Below, one piece after another: positions 49,801 to 58,616 of a stretch of DNA of 64,000 nucleotides. The position numbers and the translations under genes were made by a program. The stretch covers positions 1-64,000 of the forward strand of contig CAYFHS010000012.1 in assembly GCA_964342815.1 (NCBI GenBank), in the 5' to 3' direction. The notes under the pieces were generated by a model. It was not told the DNA's origin. It searched no databases and saw only the letters and a list, made by a program, of their open reading frames with translations. Positions within the stretch are counted from its first letter, which is position 1. Each line of letters begins with the position of its first letter. This DNA comes from an uncultured archaeon (GTDB lineage: Archaea; Thermoplasmatota; Penumbrarchaeia; JASLWR01).

Positions 49801-51197
49801 GATAAATTTTTTACCTTTTCCGTAAGTTCGTCTATACGCCGGTAATCGTATTCCTTGAAGGCTTTCTGCGCTTCAGCGAGCATGTCCGTTACTTCTTTTA
49901 AGGGTAGGCCGAGTATTTTCAATTTCCTTATATCGACCTGAATTGATGAGATATCGCTGCTTCCCTTCTTGATTCTCATGTTATTTTTTTCCTTGAGAAG
50001 TTCGAGAGAGATATTCTCCAGCATATTCTCGCATTCCAAATATTTTTTCATGGCCGCATTCTGTGCCACACCTGCAAGCTTCGATTTCAACTCATCAAGT
50101 TCTAAACCGGACTTCTCCAGTTGTTCTATCTTCAGGGTATATTCTTCTATCTTTGAAAAAATCTTACCCTTATAGAACTTGTGCTTCACGTCCATAGCCG
50201 TATTGATAGCATCGTCCGATCTCTCTATTGATTCGTCATATTTTTTTTCTTTGAAGAGGTTCTTTGCCATCCCGAGTTTTTCCAATGGTTCTGTGGACCC
50301 CTGAGCCGATTCTCCCATTTGATCAACAACATATTTGGCCCGGGCTAGTCGCTCCTGGGCTGCCTTGATCTTCACTCTGTCCTTAAGTCGAGAAATAATG
50401 ATATAGCAGCTCGAAATAATGTCCCGGGTGCCCACAATATCTCCGTTATCCAGGGCTTGTTTACCGTTCTGCAACCTTATATTGACCGCTTTTACTCCGG
50501 CACCTAATCTTTCAAGTTGTTCAACCTCGCTCTCAATGGATCCCAGTTCTTCAAGAAGAGACTGCATCTCACCGTATTTACTTTCCTCTGAGCATCTGTT
50601 CAATACTTCATATGCCATTTCTGTAGCCTTATCAAGTTCATCGTTCTCGGCTAATTCCCTACTTTTTTCAAGCATACCTTGCAGCCTGCCATCAGAATCA
50701 TTAATGAATTTTTTATGGCTAGCAGTCTCCGCCCTGGTAATCAATCCCATAATCTTTTTCTTATCAATCCGTCTACGAACTTTTACAATACTACTAACAC
50801 CAATTTCTAGAAATTTATTAGCTTCATCATAATGTCCCAGGATCAACTCATCCTCGCCTCTCGCAAGATATTCACGTACTTCAGCGACATCAATATTCTG
50901 GGAAAATGATCGGATGAAATCTTTTATTTCAGCCACCTTGTTCCCAACTATTTGGATGATACCCTCGCTTTTCCTGTGTTCCCCTATTGTACAGGCATCG
51001 GTTGCCTTTGCGGTGGCTAAAGCGACGTTGCCCTTTGAAATCGCGACCCTAGCCTCTCCTAAAAGGTCATTTACTTCAGTGGCTTCGATGGAGAGGCTCT
51101 TCAATTCCCGGTACAGCTCTTCACCTAGCGAAAGCAGCTCCTCAGCTACTGTGACACCTTGACCGGTCCCATTGGTCCGATTGGTTCCAACTCCCAT
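43851..51197 (-). CDS. Giant (2448 aa) alpha-helical repeat protein with a ~66-aa repeat
   Basis: Uninterrupted ORF rich in E/K/L/I, with a recurring L-x3-G-[VI]-D-[VI]...A...F..GDY..A motif. No Walker A motif or signal peptide seen. Confidence 0.85.
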   Translation of the reverse strand: MGVGTNRTNGTGQGVTVAEELLSLGEELYRELKSLSIEATEVNDLLGEARVAISKGNVALATAKATDACTIGEHRKSEGIIQIVGNKVAEIKDFIRSFSQNIDVAEVREYLARGEDELILGHYDEANKFLEIGVSSIVKVRRRIDKKKIMGLITRAETASHKKFINDSDGRLQGMLEKSRELAENDELDKATEMAYEVLNRCSEESKYGEMQSLLEELGSIESEVEQLERLGAGVKAVNIRLQNGKQALDNGDIVGTRDIISSCYIIISRLKDRVKIKAAQERLARAKYVVDQMGESAQGSTEPLEKLGMAKNLFKEKKYDESIERSDDAINTAMDVKHKFYKGKIFSKIEEYTLKIEQLEKSGLELDELKSKLAGVAQNAAMKKYLECENMLENISLELLKEKNNMRIKKGSSDISSIQVDIRKLKILGLPLKEVTDMLAEAQKAFKEYDYRRIDELTEKVKNLSEKMISHHKLTESKKKFDETEKRLEEIAKKDVDVSKAWLSFNKGRSILQSGDYNSANEALRTAEELLNETWGAHLLMKIDKIKGDTDSIISELKEKGLKVIKAEKLLQLADLKIRGKDMEAGFQIVKDAFDSAKNTKTDFFRKMYLDTLLDYHTLIKALQRGGVDISSLEERLNDAKTKVENDDFGDLAPIMNKIMESITEKKQEYLGGQSAEKLKEMQDRYNELETEGIQLDEVKGALEDAADAHKKGNYEEAKAILTEARKKAENSYILTKSSVFKETYDGIFRDIGKWKEASIDTAELEMILEDAKKKIELKEMATASKDLDQALEISSRLREYYYQERSLDIISETKIAFRELLEVGQDISSFRVQLDRVKEYFTEQKYKEAYELGEELSSKIKVRRRLGTLQKKSQILMDRHAELENEGMELKEEKDVLSQVAVMLDAADFDNAKETLEKLDNEMNEKFHAYRDDFYRKEIGEFKALLDKFSKKDVDVSSLYSIVDKSTDYLEQKEYNVTSELLKKGWTEAESARDFFVTNRLLTQLYELEDALFELANRGADVTGMDGKLLKIKRMISKGSFSEARSAILKRQKDIREIEIEFHRGKVRVFLDELEQKKRSLSEEGVDTMEMETLLVSANSNLSKGIFDETYRIIDKVKKIRDSLELDHKLGNSQTSLDSVKEELDRLLAKGVDTELMSDLYRDAVELFKKNNFIEVEAYCKLAIKEGMKREREYDLEIALDRLSRSKGVVEFIEKDSGGGFDLTDYFNRLNELYNGVKEEVSTEILARIVQFEDDVRDRSREYMKRKAISTKRLLEDIIAEIEELGGATSPLMVYIQKGDKLLDKEHYGPSIEWFQKGIEKAAFEKRRQEILLSIDSIRTLQEEARNIGVDVSEGSSLFDKGKREFKREDYDKSINLLENAKKTITAARFNYLKTKINGMIIKNKIIYDNLKEMGVSKIEMKEEKSFMDMSQLLVDKGVLDEAEIYVKKAATTLVKLKNRHNLRIVSEELEKTSDICSGIEEQGVEISSSLQLLNELRETLDDRTELPDDEQRSLLDDIRHALHSAREQETTFKLHLLDTNLERNEALLKKYGMEGVDVTEPMALLAEAREMYDGGDTEKGLAKGTECIALAKEKRAQFFKDSANGLLYTAELLMKDIRKLPFDISHLESMMNKAKDNYAEEKHRKCAHQLKSFISACDEMTVMGELQTKIEALRESVSNLPIKKDHFEEEMKKIEGLLIERKFDAANESYEEIIKLFNLKRSEYENNMANEKYQRIKLQIDELAADGIDQDEPKNMMDQGRILIKNGELDKAYKLMEEAVQLAQNIRKQKTADISEAVLSLEDSLIATGERQGYETELMKKLRLLRDDSAIPITEELTQTILSLSKFFKMLEDEETKAMFQKNVKSVRRLLDRVSEYLPEERIREYTMKLDGLPSIGPAVPRSEEDSAFVDFEKIRDLITETIEAEIGRGLEDQKARINRLGGVEKLLKRGIVGVDVYKLYLNIFSDTPGTEWVERLRYVNLLGDQIEKIEQRVTKQNHIDHYLDLSYKVNALKSKQFTPTSALHWLAQGKAALENGGFKEAEKCFIRAEDGANMALKRHEQDLASRFITSAIEKMRLMGLKFSEAKDVQVVLIKAQEAERQRNYSKIQGLCEEAIDLAEKEIDSRRRVKFNEEIRRITNVIQSKARDMDGAVHLKRLDMAGRLFESGMYKFAMNVAKRAEKDARDSYWQIMSEKYLISRQEAERGLEKAEAIDLDISQGTLLMEESRKLFLKEAMALAYDNIREAISVINELLHMNRVRIMQDEATALRKELDIYEEKGAEVLNARRDLEKLLVLLKEGELEKAGEVKNLIINAMGGLEKDIFRDELRRILDNCSAIMEEVEGMRGDTTKIQKNIKKATDYLSGGLLESANELSQACLKELKDQRNTLLEQRAKTVLYATGEIVKGTDNERAQDYFRKARTAYGLERYKEALRLAQESIKHIQE

Positions 51198-51409
51198 ATA
51201 GATTATCCCTCCTTGAATCCGATAGGATCCCTTTTTGGTCCGGATGAGATTTATTTATATTAATTTCCTCCGCAAGGTCTGGGAGGTCCGCATCCCTTCT
51301 CGTGTACACCCATTAACTATTTTTTATTTATTTCTTTGTATATGGGCATTTCTATAAAGATATTATTAGGAGTAATCGAGCATAATATCTTCCCACAAGG
51401 AGGAAGTGA

Positions 51410-54235
51410 CTATACCGAAACAAACACTACGGATATTATCGTACAGAGCAATAGCCAAAAAGCGAAAGTGGGAAGCAGTCTCTTAATAAGAATAGATTCC
51501 TGGTTTTTCAGGCCGATTGCCGTTGCAATCACAACTGCGTTCATAGGAGATATCATCTCTCCGGCACTGGAACCAAGCACCTGCGCGGCAGCCACCTTTA
51601 TCGTGGGAAGCCCCAATCTGGTCGCTGCTTCAATATGCAGTCCACCAAATAGGACATTGGAGGTGGTGGTGGAACCCGTCAGAGCGGATCCACTCATACC
51701 GATAATCGGAATAAAGAACACGTATGCATCCCCAACCAGTTTTACAATATTGATAGCTATTGAAGATGTCATGTTAAAATATCTCATAATGTTGGCCATA
51801 GCAATGAATGCAACGATTGCCAGAAGGATCGGGGCGACATCCTTCGCAGTATTCAATAATGCCCGTTTTATCATTCTGTTAGGACGTATAGCATGGGCAA
51901 GAACGTCAATTCTCACCGTTTGCACATCCTCCCCACTCTTATCCACGGAATCGTCGGTAGAATCTTGAAAGTAATCCTCATCCAATTCGTCATCATCTTC
52001 GAAATCGAATTCCATATCATCATCATCGTCCGATTCATCCCAATCCAGGTCATCATCATCATCATCGTCGAAAACAACCTCATAATCCCCGCCGTCGTTC
52101 ATTAGTTTCCGTTTTTTCTTCTTCCGGGCCTCAAATGAACGCCTCCTCTTTTCTCGATTAGACTTCCTGTCTGTCATCGTCCCGGATTCATTTTCGGAGT
52201 CCTCGTCATTTGAATCATCACCGTTTCCTTCCTCATCCCTATCTGTTGCAGTTTCCGATGTATCAATTTTCGGTTGTTTCTTTTTCTTCTTCTTTTTCTT
52301 CTTTTTCAATTCTTTTCCCCGTTCTCCGGACCTGGTTTTCTTGTCCGAGACGTCCTTCTCCCCGTCCTTGACCTTGGTACTTTTAATCTTCTCCGCTGTT
52401 TTCTTCATTTCCTCAGTCAAACTGGTGGATATCTTTTTTGGTATAGGTTTCTCTTTTTCGCTACTTTTTTTCCTTGGGATTTCACCTATCTCCTGACCTT
52501 TCATCCCTCTCAGGATATTCATTTCTTTCTCGGCATCTCCAAGATGTGATATCTCAGCGTTTGTCAGGTCCTCAATAAATGTACTTTCCATCTCGCTATC
52601 GGGAAAATATCTCGCAGCGACTTTTACGAATAAAGGGACCGTTAAAGTTGTAATAAACAGAATGGTCCCGGGAGAATAGAAGGGAGAGAATTTCATCACC
52701 TTGTCGGCGGATATGGAACTGAAAGGCACCTCCAGGGTAATAATATCCATTGTAAGAAAATCATTTATCCACGGTACCAAGCGGGTTGCCAATAGTAAAA
52801 ACACCATTAATACCATAGCGTAGAAATATGGTCTGGAAAATAGACCGAGACGAGGTTTAGATGACTTGTCTGCTTTAACTCGTTTTGATAAATCATGTTT
52901 TCCTGCCTTTTTCAGTATCTTCCGTTCCACAACATATCTTTCGTAAAGAATTACGAAGACTAACGTAGCACCACCAGCGATTATTGTGGGTAGTTCTGGG
53001 CCGGCAAAATACGCCACAAGTGCTTGCAAAGTCCCGTAAACTGCACCCATCCCCATTAGCAGTATGATATCTTCCTTGAGATCGGGATCACGGAAATCGG
53101 CAAGAGGACCCTGCTCTGTATACACAATATTCATGATCAGCGGTGCAAAGATACAAAGAACAATCATGTAGATGCCGATCCATCCTGATATTGGTAATAG
53201 AGCGAGTCCAGTCACCTCCTTCAGTGCAATAATGCTAACACCCAATAAACCGAAGACCGAGGAGATGGAGTTTCCGAAAAGGCAGAGCACTCCCACACCT
53301 ATGCGGTTGAAACCCAGAGATACAAGCATGATTGCAGCTATCACGAAATTCGATCCACCCGGGGCCACGGCAGCCAGGATCAATGCAAAGCAGAATCCTA
53401 TTAGCAGTACCTGATGTTGTTTATCTGTTGAAATCGATTTGAAATCGTTCTTCAATTGATCGATGGCACCCACTTTCTCCAGCATCTTTAAGAAGAAGAA
53501 AGCACCGAAGATGGCATAAACGTAATCCAATCCACCCCAGAGAGCGCTGTAAGCGACAGTCCCGCCCATCTTATTCAGAGCTTCCCCGAACCCGAGTTCG
53601 TCCTTGAAGAATATAAGGGCTAGGATTATCGTTATAAACAACGCCGCTGGTGCCACGTACCTGGACGACAGTTTGAATACCAATATACCCGTGAAGACCA
53701 CCACCAGAGGAATGAGTGCAATCAGTGCGAGATACCAAGGGAAATCCGTCTCATCCTCTTCAACAGTTATTTTCGAGATATCCAGTATCATCACGTTATT
53801 CGTGAGGTCGGGATCACGAACCGTCTCATTAGTAGTGGTATATTGTGAAATTCGAATTCTAACGCGTTTGATGCTGGTATCATTTAAAGTTATATCCGCA
53901 TAGACCAAAGTATTGCTTGCTGTTAAGGACGTGTCTTCGCGATAGAACTCTTCCCAGAGTGCTTCATCGACCTGGTTGCCCAGGTCTATGAAAAGGGTTA
54001 TCCGCGAAAAATTTTTAACTAGGGGATTCTGGATATTCACCGATATGTTAACATCGAATCGCGGATCGATGCTATCCATAATCTTTCCCTTCCTGACCGC
54101 CAATTTGTTTCCGTCCTGAGAAATACCGATTCCAGAGATTGACATATCGTTTTCCGATATTGCCATAGTGGTTGGGGCAATCGTCATGATCAAGGTGAAA
54201 AGGACGAATATAAATAACCAGAACTTTCCTTTCAT
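51410..54235 (-). CDS. L-lactate permease (LctP) family transporter with an N-terminal ectodomain and a large charged internal insertion
   Basis: FGAFFFLKMLEKVGAI, QVLLIGFCF..LAAVAPGG, GNSISSVFGLLG and GSALTGSTTTSNVLFGGL match LctP TM motifs. Confidence 0.8.
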   Translation of the reverse strand: MKGKFWLFIFVLFTLIMTIAPTTMAISENDMSISGIGISQDGNKLAVRKGKIMDSIDPRFDVNISVNIQNPLVKNFSRITLFIDLGNQVDEALWEEFYREDTSLTASNTLVYADITLNDTSIKRVRIRISQYTTTNETVRDPDLTNNVMILDISKITVEEDETDFPWYLALIALIPLVVVFTGILVFKLSSRYVAPAALFITIILALIFFKDELGFGEALNKMGGTVAYSALWGGLDYVYAIFGAFFFLKMLEKVGAIDQLKNDFKSISTDKQHQVLLIGFCFALILAAVAPGGSNFVIAAIMLVSLGFNRIGVGVLCLFGNSISSVFGLLGVSIIALKEVTGLALLPISGWIGIYMIVLCIFAPLIMNIVYTEQGPLADFRDPDLKEDIILLMGMGAVYGTLQALVAYFAGPELPTIIAGGATLVFVILYERYVVERKILKKAGKHDLSKRVKADKSSKPRLGLFSRPYFYAMVLMVFLLLATRLVPWINDFLTMDIITLEVPFSSISADKVMKFSPFYSPGTILFITTLTVPLFVKVAARYFPDSEMESTFIEDLTNAEISHLGDAEKEMNILRGMKGQEIGEIPRKKSSEKEKPIPKKISTSLTEEMKKTAEKIKSTKVKDGEKDVSDKKTRSGERGKELKKKKKKKKKKQPKIDTSETATDRDEEGNGDDSNDEDSENESGTMTDRKSNREKRRRSFEARKKKKRKLMNDGGDYEVVFDDDDDDDLDWDESDDDDDMEFDFEDDDELDEDYFQDSTDDSVDKSGEDVQTVRIDVLAHAIRPNRMIKRALLNTAKDVAPILLAIVAFIAMANIMRYFNMTSSIAINIVKLVGDAYVFFIPIIGMSGSALTGSTTTSNVLFGGLHIEAATRLGLPTIKVAAAQVLGSSAGEMISPMNAVVIATAIGLKNQESILIKRLLPTFAFWLLLCTIISVVFVSV

Positions 54236-54513
54236 TTGTCACACCAACTATCATCACATAAAGGAAAATGAAATCGAATCCACAACGGAATAGGCAGGTT
54301 CTTTATTAAAGTTTCTCTGGTTTATACCTTCATCTTAAGGAATATGGTTTCAGGGCTGGCAATGCCATTTTATATCAGAGAGTCCAAGATAAATTTTCAA
54401 TAAATAATTTAAGCCGCGGACCGCATCGAGGAAAATATCCAACATAATATTGAGGCAGATTTTGAAAGATGGAATTTCAATGCGACGGTATCTGGTTACA
54501 GTGAGGTTATAAA

Positions 54514-55512
54514 ATGCGCGCCATGGTGTTGAGCAAGCAAGGACCGTTAGGAGAAAATAGCTTGGTGTTAAGTTCGATTCCCCTGCCCGAACCAGGTACA
54601 GAAGAAATCCGGATCAAGGTGGCCGCCTGCGGTGTATGCAGAACCGACCTCCACATTGTGGAAGGTGATCTGGAACTTCCCAGGTCCCCACTTATACCGG
54701 GTCATCAGGTTGTTGGGACGGTGGATCAAGTAGGAAAGAATGTGACTCTTTTCAATAAAGGAGACTTAGTTGGTGTTCCCTGGCATCGCAGTTCCTGTAC
54801 TGAATGTGAATTCTGTATACAAGGATTCGAAAACCTCTGTGACAGCGCACGGTTTAACGGATATCATGCCAACGGCGGATTTGCAGAATATATGACAGCT
54901 CCAGCAGATTTTATATTCCCAATACCAATCGGATTTCCTATGATTCAAGCAGCCCCGCTTCTTTGCGCCGGCATTATTGGATTTCGTGCATTGAGACTTT
55001 CCAATATCAAAGAAGGAGGCATTCTAGGGCTGTACGGTTTCGGCGCATCAGCCCATGTAACGATCCAGATTGCAAGGCATTGGGGTATCAAGGTATATGT
55101 ATTCACCCGAAGCAGGGAGCATAGAAAATATGCTGAAAAATTAGGTGCCGCATGGACGGGAGCTTCCACTGATTCTCCTCCAAGTAAAACAGACAGCAGC
55201 ATAATCTTTGCCCCGGCCGGACCGCTGATACCGGTAGCTTTGAGGGTTCTTAGAAAGGGTGGGACACTGGCCCTGGCGGGAATTTATATGAGTCCGGTTC
55301 CTGAGATGTCATATGAGCTTCTATACGGTGAAAGAAATATCAAAAGCGTCGCAAACAGCACTAGAGAAGATGCTAGAGGACTTTTAAAGCTTGCTGCTGA
55401 AATACCCATAGTCACCGATGTGAAGATTTTTCCCCTCATAAAGGCAAACGAGGCATTATTGCGATTAAAGCGAAGCGGGATAAATGGTTCTGCGGTTCTG
55501 AAAATCGGATGA
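54514..55512 (+). CDS. Zinc-dependent alcohol dehydrogenase (MDR family)
   Basis: CGVCRTDLH, PGHQVVG, structural Zn CxxCxxC..C, APLLCAG and GLYGFGASA. Confidence 0.93.
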   Translation: MRAMVLSKQGPLGENSLVLSSIPLPEPGTEEIRIKVAACGVCRTDLHIVEGDLELPRSPLIPGHQVVGTVDQVGKNVTLFNKGDLVGVPWHRSSCTECEFCIQGFENLCDSARFNGYHANGGFAEYMTAPADFIFPIPIGFPMIQAAPLLCAGIIGFRALRLSNIKEGGILGLYGFGASAHVTIQIARHWGIKVYVFTRSREHRKYAEKLGAAWTGASTDSPPSKTDSSIIFAPAGPLIPVALRVLRKGGTLALAGIYMSPVPEMSYELLYGERNIKSVANSTREDARGLLKLAAEIPIVTDVKIFPLIKANEALLRLKRSGINGSAVLKIG

Positions 55513-55535
55513 GAAATTGGATCGATTCAGAAGGA

Positions 55536-56408
55536 TCAAAGCTCACCTTCGATTCCACACTCCGGACATTTCACAGGTAGTGGATCTTTACCCGTGTCCT
55601 CTACATTGAAACTAACCGAGCATCCGGGACACTCCACTTCGAAAAGTTTCTGGCTAACCTTCTTCTTAAAAGATATTTTACGCATTTCTTTCTCAACTTC
55701 CACGTATATATCTTCCGCGGCTTCCTCGCTGATGTTAAAATGTACCCTTAAAGCCTGCAGTATCTTTTCCTCACTGTCGCTTATGATACCGTCCGATAAG
55801 GCACCCCGAAGGGCATCCTTGTATGCTTCACGATTCTTGGGATCGTTGAATTTCGCCGAAGGAACCTCGAGAGCCCCCACATCGAGGCTTGAGCGCTGGA
55901 TAACGCTGTCCTTGACATCGATACTCCCTCCGGCATAATATTTTTCAACCTGGAACACAACAGTTTGTTTTTCGTCCGGTATCTTTTTTTCCTTTACTGG
56001 CTTGGATTTCAGCTCCTCCAGTCTCCTCCTCACTTCCTCTTCTTTCCGGTAATTATTTTTATAGCTTTTCAATCCCGTAAAGAACATAAGAATCCCAACA
56101 CCAACGAATAAAAGCGGGACTATCCTGAAAAGAAGTGGTATCTTTGCCTTGAACAAGACCGTGGTAATCCCCAGGCTGAGGATTGAAAAAATCACACCCA
56201 CGATCATGACGCCAATTGCTTTGGAACGTTCGGCACTAGGAGCACATACTCTGCAGTACGTTTTTAGTGCCGGGGCGGCTTGGTGACCTTGTGACGTGCT
56301 TGCTCCACCTACCTGAACCTCCCTTTTGCAGACCATACAAATCGGCTTATCGCATTTTTCACAAGAAGTGATAGAAGGCTCGTCGGGGTGGAAAGCGCAT
56401 GGTATCAT
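55536..56408 (-). CDS. Membrane protein with a B-box-type Zn finger, two TMs, a TerB-like helical domain and a C-terminal Zn ribbon
   Basis: CAFHP...CEKCDKPIC..C; two hydrophobic helices; ALSDGIISDSEEKILQALR; CPGC...CPECG. Confidence 0.7.
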   Translation of the reverse strand: MIPCAFHPDEPSITSCEKCDKPICMVCKREVQVGGASTSQGHQAAPALKTYCRVCAPSAERSKAIGVMIVGVIFSILSLGITTVLFKAKIPLLFRIVPLLFVGVGILMFFTGLKSYKNNYRKEEEVRRRLEELKSKPVKEKKIPDEKQTVVFQVEKYYAGGSIDVKDSVIQRSSLDVGALEVPSAKFNDPKNREAYKDALRGALSDGIISDSEEKILQALRVHFNISEEAAEDIYVEVEKEMRKISFKKKVSQKLFEVECPGCSVSFNVEDTGKDPLPVKCPECGIEGEL

Positions 56409-56471
56409 AACTATCGACCGTGGGAATTAATAATCAGCTAATATTTTAAAATTTAGGTTCGGGATGAAAAA

Positions 56472-56909
56472 ATGAACGTCACTAGATTTATAATAAAAAA
56501 TGGCAATACGCCATCCATGACCTCCGGTACCTCGAGGAAATTGAAGGTACATTGCCATGAGGAGATGGCCTCGGAAGCGATACGGATGCTCTGGGCCGGG
56601 CTGCCCTATAGAGAAAAAAAAATCAAGATCGACAGATTACCCAAGGATTTTTGGGGTTCGTTCAAAATCAAAGGGGACGGCGCTCTTATCAAAAAATTCA
56701 ATAAGGTACATTTTTTCGCAGATGTAAAAAGAAAAAATGATGACTACCTGATCATCAGAGTGGAAGTGGTGATTCCCGCACCGATCTTCGGCCATGGATC
56801 CTTAAAGATATTAACGAGGTGCATCCTTCTTCTGGCAGGATATTTTCAACGTCGAAACATCGAGGTTGAAAGCGTACGTCAGTTGTTCGGACCGACACTG
56901 AAGTTGTGA
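56472..56909 (+). CDS. Hypothetical protein
   Basis: 145-aa ORF filling the gap between divergent and same-strand genes; no recognised motif. Confidence 0.5.
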   Translation: MNVTRFIIKNGNTPSMTSGTSRKLKVHCHEEMASEAIRMLWAGLPYREKKIKIDRLPKDFWGSFKIKGDGALIKKFNKVHFFADVKRKNDDYLIIRVEVVIPAPIFGHGSLKILTRCILLLAGYFQRRNIEVESVRQLFGPTLKL

Positions 56910-57017
56910 AGTGTTTACAAAGAGTTAAATATTTTGGCAAAGAACGTACAAATAGTCTTAATTATGCTCTATACTTTTCTGTGATACTCATTGGAGTGTA
57001 TATGGGGGGTGTAATCT

Positions 57018-57656
57018 ATGAAAAAAAGACTGTGTATTGGAATATTCCTCACCCTTTTTTTTATATTCCACCCACGCATGGTAATAAGCGAGAATTCAAT
57101 AAACTATATTCAGATCAACATAAGCAATTATAATAGATGCGAATCCCGAGCGACTGCGGTTTACATTACCCCTGCCGAGAACACGAGTTATGAATACCAA
57201 GCGGATACAGAGAACAAGACCATAGCGAGGATATGGATGAAGATAGTTTGTGAAAAATACAATCCATTGGAGACTGTAACTATAGAACCGGAGGCGGAAA
57301 CTGGCGGTTGGGAGCATTCATTGGTTCCGGATACCATAGAGGTCACAGAGAACGGCCAAAGCGAACATCCGTTCGTTCTCATATTGATTGTACCTCCAAT
57401 GGAGAAGAACACAACCAAGGAGATTATGTTCAGTGGGTCCTACATAGCTCTTGGAGGAGGAACGTATAAACTACCCGAAACTGGGGCAGAATATACGTTT
57501 TTTGTCAATGAGACACTTGATATAAGGGAAGAATCCAAAAACGAGGTGAAAACGAATGGTGGATTTTCCACAGTAGCGGTAATCACGATCATCGGGATCG
57601 CCTTGATACTGGTACTTATATCCATCGAAATCTTCTGGCGCAGGAAGAGGAAATAG
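57018..57656 (+). CDS. Secreted/membrane-anchored hypothetical protein (single Ig-like domain)
   Basis: Signal-like N-terminus, N-x-S/T sequons, C-terminal TM followed by RRKRK. Confidence 0.7.
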   Translation: MKKRLCIGIFLTLFFIFHPRMVISENSINYIQINISNYNRCESRATAVYITPAENTSYEYQADTENKTIARIWMKIVCEKYNPLETVTIEPEAETGGWEHSLVPDTIEVTENGQSEHPFVLILIVPPMEKNTTKEIMFSGSYIALGGGTYKLPETGAEYTFFVNETLDIREESKNEVKTNGGFSTVAVITIIGIALILVLISIEIFWRRKRK

Positions 57657-57666
57657 TAAACTCAGT

Positions 57667-58467
57667 TCAATCCAATATTTTGTTTACCTGCTCCATCACA
57701 CTTTGCCTAACGCTCTCAGGAGTAAATACCTCCAGATGACCAGGGACAGACAATATCTTCAAATTATGATTTTTTAGATATTCTATGGCAGGTTCCGTTT
57801 TCTCGGTGAACTCGTTCAATCTCGAACGAATCTTTTCTTCGGTATCATCCGATCGGATTATCACCTCGGTTCCACACATCCTGCAGAATCTGCCATTGGT
57901 GGGTGGTTCGAACTCCAAATGAAAAACCTTTTTGCATTTGGGGCAAATCCTACGGCCCATTAGCCTCTTTATGATGGATTCATCCCTGTTGTACACATGG
58001 ATAGCAAAGTCGACGGTGAAGTTCTTTCGGGTTGCAAGCTCCAGAAGGAATTTGGCCTGTCCCGGCGTCCGGGGAAATCCGTCCATCACCTTGCCACGGT
58101 AATTCGACCGTGACAAATAAGCTTTGAATAAAGAGTTCGTAATTCGATCCGGAACGTATTTTCCGCTGTCTACAAAATATTTGGCCTTCAAACCCATGAG
58201 CACTTCTTTCATACGGCCTTTGCAATTCCCCCCGAGCATTTCCACCAGCACTACGACATCCTTGAACCAATCAAGGTCATTATCCCAGAACTGAGCGAGA
58301 TCACCCTTGAAACCGCATTCATTGAATATCCCCATGTAGTACCTGAAGATTTCACCTGTGGATAGCTGCTCCAAACCGAATTCTTCCAGTAGTACGTCGA
58401 TCCGGGATTGTTTTCCTGCACCACTCTTTCCCATGACAAGAACATTCTGAACATCCTCGCGTTTCAT
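57667..58467 (-). CDS. adk: Adenylate kinase (bacterial-type, Zn-LID) with an insertion
   Basis: GKSGAGK P-loop, LSTGEIFR, DGFPRT..QA, GRRICPKC...CRMCG and RSDDTEEKI..RL. Confidence 0.85.
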   Translation of the reverse strand: MKREDVQNVLVMGKSGAGKQSRIDVLLEEFGLEQLSTGEIFRYYMGIFNECGFKGDLAQFWDNDLDWFKDVVVLVEMLGGNCKGRMKEVLMGLKAKYFVDSGKYVPDRITNSLFKAYLSRSNYRGKVMDGFPRTPGQAKFLLELATRKNFTVDFAIHVYNRDESIIKRLMGRRICPKCKKVFHLEFEPPTNGRFCRMCGTEVIIRSDDTEEKIRSRLNEFTEKTEPAIEYLKNHNLKILSVPGHLEVFTPESVRQSVMEQVNKILD

Positions 58468-58616
58468 TGTACCACCTGTGGATTTTATACCTTATCCCTA
58501 TCTGATTAAATTAATTTATCCCAAATCCTCAAAAATCTAAAAATAAATCCACAATGTATATCAATAATTAACAGTTACGTAAGTAGAAAGCAATTATGAT
58601 CACGGGGTCTCGAAAT

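Noticed and set aside
43851-51197. SMC/Rad50 chromosome-segregation ATPase
   Set aside because: No Walker A/B, signature motif, hinge or zinc hook; it is a short-period helical repeat instead.
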